Assembly: GCF_902148845.1 (NCBI RefSeq)
Contig: NC_043762.1
Coordinates: forward strand, 29,154,760 to 29,209,186
Direction of reading: 5' to 3'
From: Salarias fasciatus
Lineage: Eukaryota
DNA: 54,427 nucleotides
The position numbers and the translations under genes are program-made. Below, piece after piece: positions 46,154 to 54,427 of the stretch (position 1 is its first letter; every line of letters begins with the position of its first letter). Below the pieces are notes generated by a model that had not been told where the DNA came from, searched no databases, and worked only from the letters and a program-made list of their open reading frames with translations.

Positions 46154-46321
46154 TACCCAGAGTGGCTGGAGGCCAACAAGTCGGCGATCAGCTCAGAGGA
46201 ATACCAGCGCTTTGAGCAGCAGTCCAAGATCATGGGAGAGATCTGCCAGCTGTTTGAGAAGGAAGAGGAGGCTTCAGACAAAGACAGTACATTCGAGAGC
46301 ATCATGGAACTGATGCAGAAG
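46154..46321 (+). CDS. pex19: pex19 coding exon 6. Encodes YPEWLEANKSAISSEEYQRFEQQSKIMGEICQLFEKEEEASDKDSTFESIMELMQK
   Basis: Matches human YPEWLQSHRESLPPEQFEKYQEQHSVMCKICEQFEAE...ARFEMVLDLMQQ. Acceptor cattcttacag, donor AAG|GTGAGG. Confidence 0.9.
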
Positions 46322-46595
46322 GTGAGGCTGCATTTTGGTTCATTCACAGTCAGAACTGTACAGCGATACAGGCTCAAACACTGACGACATGCACTCCCCA
46401 CCTCTTGTCTTTACTATCAACTGCTTACCTAATTGCAATGTCAGTGCACACATCTCTTGTCTGTAAAACATGAAGGGTTGTTTAAAAAACTAAGATTAGA
46501 TCCAAAATTTCGTGGCAGATGTAGTGCACAGCAATTATAGGCTATGATGTGGAAAGAGTGACACAGCTGACCGATCATCGCTTTTTCACTTACAG

Positions 46596-46640
46596 CTTCA
46601 AGACCTTGGACAGCCACCGAAAGAGCTGGCAGGAGATGCA
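46596..46640 (+). CDS. pex19: pex19 coding exon 7. Encodes LQDLGQPPKELAGDA
   Basis: Matches human LQDLGHPPKELAGEM. Acceptor ttttcacttacag, donor GCA|GTGAGT. Confidence 0.9.
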
Positions 46641-46848
46641 GTGAGTCGCAACAGCAAATGTTTTTGTGTGCAAAATATTCATAACATACAAATATTCATC
46701 CTGCCACACTCCAGTGATTATAACACTGCTCAATAATCACTCACTGAATGCATCGTCTTTGAGAAGCTGTTTGTCTTTGTAGTTGAATTCTAGAAGAACA
46801 ATCGTAAGTATGTTGACAGAACCGGGTTCTGTTTGTTTGACTCTGCAG

Positions 46849-46935
46849 CCTCCTGGCTTCAACTTCGACATGGAGTCCCTCAACCTCCCCGGAGGCCCCG
46901 GGGCCGGCGCAGGAGAGCAGTGCTCCATCATGTGA
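46849..46935 (+). CDS. pex19: pex19 last coding exon. Encodes PPGFNFDMESLNLPGGPGAGAGEQCSIM* with a C-terminal CaaX farnesylation box
   Basis: Matches human PPGLNFDLDALNLSGPPGASGEQCLIM*. Acceptor gactctgcag. Stop TGA at 46933-46935. Confidence 0.9.
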   Translation, partial: PPGFNFDMESLNLPGGPGAGAGEQCSIM

Positions 46936-49102
46936 GGAGGCGGTGGGCGTGGCTTATCCAGCGCCGGGAGCCCGCAGGTCACCGTGTGCGTCGGCCGCAG
47001 GGAGGGAGTGAAAACGCCAGGCGGGAATCTGGCCTCGTGGCCACACTGCTTCCCTCTGGGAGGAGGTGTGTGTGCAAACAGCAACCACAACAGAGCCGGA
47101 AGCACGGAAACCAAAAAAGAGCCGGTCACAAAAACACACTCTCTTCTCTGTAAAATCACCAAACGCACAAAGATGAACATTTTAATATCCTTTCCTCAGT
47201 TTGATCTTGGTTGCTGCAGTTTCTTCGGTTTAATTGAGCAGTCTCACCATCGTAAGACATGGCGTCTGCCACGCTCTGTGTCGTGTTCGCATACTGTTTA
47301 GCCTGACGGTAAACTCACTGGTGAACGGTGCCTTCGCTAAATGACTCACATCAGCTGTTGTCTTAGTATCGTCTGAAATTGAATAATAATTTGTTCTGAA
47401 GATACGGTTATAATATACATCTGCAATATCTGTCGAGGTTTTCTGCCTAAACTAATTCCAAAAACTGTACAGAACTGAACTTAAGTTAGTTTTTTAACAG
47501 GAAAAATATGAAAAAGAGGTGAGTGTTGGTCAGTTTTTTTTAATATATATATATATATATAGAGAGAGTTACAGAAGGGGACTTTCTTGTGAGAAGATTC
47601 CAGGATCTCCAGTAGCTCACTGAATTAAATGAACCCCATTCCCCGAGTGTCACTCCCCATCCCCACATGTTGATTTGAAAGGATTGCCGGGCGCCTTTGC
47701 TGTGGTTCCAGTGATCATTATAGTGTAGAGTTACTGTGCAAAGTGCTTCCAGTGTGATTCCCCGTGTTCTCAATGTGCAGAGTGATGGATCCTGCTGGAA
47801 AAGCAAAACACAGATTGTAATTCAGCGTGTTCGCTGTCTGATTGGGCGGACCTGTAACCCTCGGAGGTACAGCGCTGTTTCTGGAAAAGGCGACTGGCAG
47901 GGAGAATCCAGAACATCCCATTGTGTCATGAGCATGCATATAATGCATGCAGGAACACTGTCGGTTGAAACATCAGCAGCCTGATGTTAGCGTTTTGTGG
48001 CGGTGTTTGAAAGGTGTGTTTACTGCAGTGGATGTGTTGCGTTGACTGCTGCTGCTGCTGGACAATGGTTTACCGGAGCAACCGCAGAGAGGTGGCCAGA
48101 AATGACGCGAACGCCGGCCCGTCAATAACCACGGAGCCGACTGAAAGGGTTCGGTCAGCCGTGCACTGAGAAGGAATGATATATACATCAGCCCCGGCCG
48201 AGGGGAGGCTGCTCCACACGTTCCGTCTCGGGGGAGGAAGTGCGACCTTTTCACCTCGAGGCCGATGCTCCTTCAAAGAAAATGCAACCTGTTATTTTTG
48301 CCACTATCTTGTTGGATTTGTAAATATATGAAATAAAAGCAATGATGTGATGCAGATATTGTCTTGTTGAGTCATTTGCAGATTAAAAAGACTTTCAAAA
48401 CTATAATTGAATGTTTCCCTCTTTTCCACTCTTTGCTGTCAGCAGTATTCCTCAGATCAGTCAGTGGCTGCTGTACGTACAGTAGCTATAATACCAGAGT
48501 TTCACTACCAGATGATGCATGAGTTCTGTGGTGCAGTGTTGAAATCCAGTCACAAGTTTCTTTCATTTTTCATCTTGCCCGTGTCAAATGAACATTTAAA
48601 AACTAAACAAACGCGTTACTTTTCTAAAACTGATTTTATTTTTATATATTTAGAATTTTGATTTTATCACTATATCTTGGTGTGGAAGAGTGATCACAGC
48701 TCAGGTTCAGCAAACAGGACAGTTTTTGGTAACATGTAGATGAGTAGGGTGCAATAAATTTTGTGAATACGGTGATGGTGTAATACAATAACACAATTGT
48801 GCTTGTATTTGTGTCATTCAATATGAATTTGTAGTCCAGCAGTTTCTGGGACATATGGTTTAAGATCAACCTTTTTCTGTTCATTTGCACCGTGGGAGGA
48901 GCAGCTTTTCAGTTTTTCTGTACACTATGACAATGAAGACTTGTTTTATTTTAATTTCTTTTTTTCAGAATTCTATTTTATGGTTGACAAGTTTATTTTT
49001 TTTTATCAATCGTGCTGCGCAAATAATGGATCCTTAATTAGCACATCGCCCTCGGTAGATCCTGCAAATCACCCAAAAGCACTTTAAGAAATACATTTTA
49101 CT

Positions 49103-49345
49103 AAGGATCGACCAATTATCGGCCTGGCCAATAATATCGGCAGATATTCGGCATTTTTCTAATAATCGGTATCAGCCTTTTTTTCCAACCTGGCAAAAGC
49201 CATATTGACATGTGCAGCAACAAATTGCTTCACGTGGTGTGTGAGAACAAATACCGTGAGGATTCAGCTTGCTGGCAAGGTTACCACCAATAGCCGATAA
49301 AATAAATGTACTTAAAAACGTGCTCTTTGGATCATATATACGGCC

Positions 49346-49425
<80 letters not shown>

Positions 49426-49600
49426 GAAGTCACTACTCTGGCCTGTGTAACAATGTCCCACTCACAGCTAAATTTTGACGCCAAAATGTTCATTTTTACT
49501 GCAAATGAATATCGGTTCGACATATCGGTTATCGGTTTCCATAAGTACCAGTAATCGGCATCGGCACCGGCCCTGAAAAAGCCATATCGGTCGATCCTTG
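49103..49600. mobile_element. hAT-like non-autonomous DNA transposon (MITE) of about 500 bp. TIR (T/C)AAGGATCGACC. It carries an internal (CT)n array and a 9 bp target-site duplication
   Basis: The left junction is acaTTTTACTaAGGATCGACC. The right junction is GGTCGATCCTtgCATTTTACTg. The direct repeat CATTTTACT lies at 49094-49102 and 49601-49609. Internal inverted sub-repeats are rich in ATCGG and CCGAT. Confidence 0.6.
49347..49421. repeat. (CT)n microsatellite of about 37 units
   Basis: Seen directly, inside the hAT-like MITE. Confidence 0.95.
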
Positions 49601-50179
49601 CATTTTACTGCCACCTTTGAGTTTTTTTTTCTGTTACCATAACTTAAATGCCAGGCATCAGGCATTCAATCAAGAAAATGCTTTCCAGTGATTCATTTAT
49701 CTTAAAAAGTATTTATTGGTAAAGACACATTTTGAGCTTTTAGATATTTTATTTTTCAGGTTAAAATGATAAAAATTTCAGCTTTTAATTTTTCTCAAAG
49801 GAGGCGGACTACAGTGGACGCTAAACCTGACCAAAAGAAGATGCTGGAAGAAGTTTGGAGTTAGATCAGACTAAATCTGGAGGAAAGACACTGATGCTGG
49901 ACACTATGGCCAGAACAAAACATCATCAATTAAGGAGTATTTTATCGTTCTAGTAGTTTCTAGTAGTTTGTAGATATGCAGATGGTTGCGTCCGAGGTTT
50001 TCCTGTTTATGGTATTTATCATGTTGAAACTCAGTATGAATCAAAATATAATGATTAATATGGAAACAGCAATATTGTGATGATTAAAAGATATCAATGG
50101 CAATATTCATCATGATATAATAAAATGCATTCGCCACGGAACAGTTTGGTGCAGCTTCTATGTGTTCCATATCCATGTC

Positions 50180-50389
50180 CCGCCGCCGTGGAGCTTTCTG
50201 CGTCACACTTTGAATGCTAAACTTTATTGTTCAGAACCGGAAGTCAAAACGAGCTACGTGTCAGGAAGAAGTGGAGCGACTGGACGGGCGATCACGGCCA
50301 GGCAACAAAAGTCAGCTTGCCTGCAGCAGTTCAGTGGAGTTTATTGGGATAGTATTAAAATAAATAAGCTACAGTGCTGAAGTGGAACG
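50180..50389 (+). promoter_or_regulatory. copa: Putative copa promoter and 5'UTR
   Basis: CpG-rich region with an ETS/GABP core CCGGAAGT at about 50237-50244, upstream of the copa ATG at 50390. Confidence 0.35.
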
Positions 50390-50429
50390 ATGTTGACGAA
50401 ATTTGAAACAAAGTCGGCCCGTGTTAAAG
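50390..50429 (+). CDS. copa: copa (coatomer alpha subunit) coding exon 1. Encodes MLTKFETKSARVK(G)
   Basis: Identical to the human COPA N-terminus MLTKFETKSARVKG. Donor G|GTAAGA at 50430. Confidence 0.9.
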
Positions 50430-50758
50430 GTAAGAGTTGGAGGCTAGCAGATAAGCTAAATGTAGCGTAGCTAGCTGGCTTTCGTCTGCTCAGTCATTCG
50501 TCATCAATAGAAAATTTATGTTATCTTGCAAAATTGTATTAGACACGTTTTTGTTATGTGTTTATCAGCTTCCCGAATAAACTGTCAGTATATTTACTGT
50601 TCGCAAACCTCTGTGAAAGTAAATGGACGCTACGTGGCCTAAGCTGCTCTGTTGCGAACGAAATTCTGCATTTCTCCACCCGAATATCTCTCACTCTCTG
50701 ATGCTTGGAGATTAGTATTGTCATCGTAAATTTATTAATCTGATTTGATTCACCCCAG

Positions 50759-50872
50759 GCCTGAGTTTCCACCCCAAAAGGCCGTGGGTTCTTGCAAGTT
50801 TACACAATGGAGTCATCCAGTTATGGGACTATCGGATGTGCACACTGATTGACAAGTTTGACGAGCACGATG
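50759..50872 (+). CDS. copa: copa coding exon 2. Encodes [37 protein letters not shown](G)
   Basis: Matches human [38 protein letters not shown]. Acceptor ttcaccccag, donor G|GTAAGT. Confidence 0.95.
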
Positions 50873-50902
50873 GTAAGTGTGAAGTGGTGGGCTGTCATTT
50901 AA

Positions 50903-51058
<156 letters not shown>

Positions 51059-51120
51059 TAATCAAAGTTATTGATTCATTACTTGAGACGCATGAGGTGT
51101 GAAGTTCAGTTTTTGGATAA

Positions 51121-51276
<156 letters not shown>

Positions 51277-51345
51277 TGACTCTTGATTTTTGTAATTTTA
51301 AAATTACTCTTAAGTGGTAATAACGAGTCGCCACCTTCCTTGTAG

Positions 51346-51422
51346 GAGTACCCTTGGATTCTGAGTGCCTCTGATGACCAGACCATTCGGATCTGGAACT
51401 GGCAGTCCAGGACTTGTGTCTG
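51346..51422 (+). CDS. copa: copa coding exon 5. Encodes [25 protein letters not shown](C)
   Basis: Matches human [26 protein letters not shown]. Acceptor ccttccttgtag, donor TG|GTAAGA. Confidence 0.95.
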
Positions 51423-51675
51423 GTAAGATGAGCTGTAACCTGCACGGTATGGCTAACATGGAGAAAGAATGAATACTTGGCACAAACTTGGCAGTTACGT
51501 TGTTTGCATTAACTTCAAATGCAGTTTTTAAAATGCATGAAAATTGAAACGGTGTCTTTTTTTCAAGTCTCCAGTACATGCAAGTGAGATAAGTTACATA
51601 GTAGGGTTTAAGTGTTTAGTACACTTTTTGAAGTCCTTCATCTTGGCTCCATTTAAGACACACATTGGGTTATAA

Positions 51676-51903
<228 letters not shown>

Positions 51904-53469
51904 TGAGGGGCAGAGTGGTACAAAAGACGAGGAAGAGGGCAAGAGCAATGTCCATGTTGCCTCTTGAACCTCTTCTCCGTCTTCAACTTGTAAAGAGCAT
52001 CTCTGTGGGCTGTTTGCAGAAACACCTCTCTTTTTTGTGGGGGAAAGATTTGAAGGAAGTTGTGGCAGATTTAATTTGCAGTGCAGATTTCTTGAGTGAA
52101 ATATTGCACTGCAAATGAAAGATCTGAAAGGTTCATAGGATAGATAGGCACGGTGCCCAAGAAGAGAGATGGTCTCGTTTTGAGAGGTGTTTCTGTGCTT
52201 TTGCATGCTCTTTGTTGGTCTTTGTTCTACATTCTTGTTGCTTGTCTTTCTACTAACTAAACCATGAACTGACTCTCCTCTGCTGTCACTGTCATACTCA
52301 TAAACATGCAGAAATTGTGAATCTATGGCCTGTCCTGAACTTGTGCTTTGGTGTTTTTTCCATTTTGAGCATGATTTTAATTGTTTCCTGTTAAACTGAC
52401 ATAACTGCAGCATGTACATTTTCAGCTTTCCGTGCTCCATGCACGACCTGGATTTAGAATTAATGAAAGGTTCACTTTGCACGCGTTATAGACAAAATAT
52501 ACTGCTTCCCATTTTGTTCCTTAATATTTGCAGATTTGAATTGCATCCATTAATAAACCAATGTAATGGATACATTTACTATTGCATATATACCTTTTTT
52601 GCAGTATTGATGTTAAGTTCTTACGACCTCTAACTCTTGCATGACTGGCTCCAAAACTAAAAAGATAACATGAAATATAACACTGCTTATATGTCCTAAA
52701 GCCGCAATTACCAGATTGTGGTTAGGTTGAATCTTAACCTTCAGCTTTGACATTTCATCCACTAATTGTGCACGTAATTCAAACATTCTGACAGAAACAT
52801 GCATGAACCAAAGTTCCTATTAACACCCAGCGCCCCATCAGAGCACGTCTTTAAAACCCTCGCCACCAGCCACCCCACCACCCATCAGCCGAGTCCACAC
52901 ACTCCCTTTGTCCTTCTTATCCCATGCTCTCCTTGGAAACATCCACACCTGCACATGGGTTTCAAGAGTCACTTCTTATCGCGTGTCTCCTTCCTCTCCG
53001 CTGTTGAACTCTCTGTTCACCGCAGTTTTTAAGCGGGTCGGGATCATCACAGGCTGTGCTTTCTCACAGATTTGTGTTTCTGCCTTCGTTTGAATCTGGA
53101 AGCTGATCAGTACTTTTTCTCCAGTCTAATCAAACGTGTTGTTTTCGTCTGTCGCAGTGATTTATTAACCCAATCAAGACGACTGCTACAATTTTTGATA
53201 GTTTCCAGGCTCAAGTTGGCGAGTAACACGAGAGAGCAGAGGTTGTGTTGATGTGTTCCGCTGTGTGTGTTCAGCAGTCCAACAGTGGTCTCTTTGTGAT
53301 TAACTCATGATGCCTTTTTTACTTGCCTTATATTTAATTCAAATGTGTTTTTTTTGTTTTGTTTTTTGTACTTCATGTTTTCCTCCCTCCCCCGTACTGT
53401 GGTTGTGTCGTGTGTCACGTGAACGTGGCTCCGCCTCTTTGCACGCGCTGCTCTGCCTGACGATTCCAG

Positions 53470-53579
53470 GTCTGAGGAAGAAGAACCTGTCGCCGGGCGC
53501 CGTGGAGACCGAGGTGCGAGGCATCTCCGGCGTTGACTTGTTTGGCGCGTCGGACGCCGTCGTTAAGCACGTGCTTGAG
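53470..53579 (+). CDS. copa: copa coding exon 7. Encodes [36 protein letters not shown]
   Basis: Matches human [36 protein letters not shown]. Acceptor gacgattccag, donor GAG|GTGAGC. Confidence 0.95.
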
Positions 53580-53690
53580 GTGAGCGACAAGTTTGTGTTC
53601 GTATTTGTTGCATTGCTTGTTTCGATTACTGTCAAACACTGCTCCAGCTGTGAAAGTTGGAGCAGTGTTGTACCCGTTTCTTATTGCTAG

Positions 53691-53858
<168 letters not shown>

Positions 53859-54427
53859 TGAGAATTTCTGTCAGAATTCTTTTTTTTTTTTTTTTTTTCA
53901 CCTTTTATTCAAAGTAAAACCCTTCCTGACTCGAACATCTCCTGCTTTCATCAGCTGGAGGATGGATGAGTGGAATGCTCTGGATGTTGGTTTCAGCCAG
54001 TCTTGGACCTCCTATTTATCCTACATTCTTCTGCTTGCTTTTTAAGCAGCACTGCCGCACATGAACAGATTACTCCACTGCTTACAGATTTAAGCTCTTA
54101 CAGTTGGTTTTTAAAGCCATTCTTGGTCTTGCTCAGTCTTACTGATCCATTTACTTAGATTGACGTTCAACATGTTTTTTTCTGCATTGCTCAGCTGTAG
54201 CTTCAGTTCTATTTTCATCCTCTTATTCTTTCGTCACATTTTGTAGTGTTTTTATAGATGTAAAGTGTATTACGTTATTGCTGTAAAGTGTTTTCCAAAT
54301 TTTACTTGAATATTTGAAGAAAGAAGTTGAAATCTGGAAGCAAATAGCACACCGCTGTCATTTTATCAGAATGAAGAAATATAACAATTTTTAACTCGCT
54401 TCAGGATTTTGTCGCTGACCTCTTTAA

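Overview
This 54.4 kb window is vertebrate nuclear DNA, almost certainly teleost fish. It is gene-dense and carries spliceosomal introns, CpG-island promoters, many (CA)n/(GT)n microsatellites, and fragments of LINEs, SINEs and MITEs. I reconstructed the gene models by hand from the translations and splice signals. From start to end they are: sdr39u1 on the minus strand, with its 3' end cut at the window start (5 coding exons seen, 1-1144); a leukotriene B4 receptor gene (ltb4r family) on the minus strand, whose coding sequence is split by two introns (5703-7947); nfatc4 on the plus strand with 13 coding exons (ATG at 13316, stop at 28586) and a 5.6 kb intron 1 full of repeats; a single-exon MARVEL-domain gene of the MYADM family on the minus strand (35514-36395); a complete 8-exon pex19 on the plus strand (43792-46935); and the first 8 coding exons of copa on the plus strand (50390 onward, running past the window end). 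The ORF track calls GTG, TTG and CTG as starts, and high third-position GC produces long antisense ORFs over ltb4r, myadm and nfatc4 exon 12. I treat those as artefacts. There is no sign of a prokaryotic-style system such as CRISPR, an operon or a toxin-antitoxin pair, so the suggestion of an exciting undescribed system is not supported. What does merit a second look is eukaryotic: a probable GC-AG intron in nfatc4; an intron-interrupted ltb4r coding sequence (the mammalian ORFs are intronless); a missing in-frame start codon in the Rossmann-fold exon of sdr39u1; a promoter-like module with two NRF1 sites plus an ATG and a perfect donor inside nfatc4 intron 1; a perfect ~680 bp foldback element abutting a MITE; a MITE family with shared TTAAAGGTGC termini, present in two copies with a second MITE nested inside one of them; a hAT-like MITE with a 9 bp target duplication that carries a (CT)n array; and (CA)n/(GT)n arrays paired in inverted orientation. 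Everything here is inferred from the sequence alone. No database searches were run.
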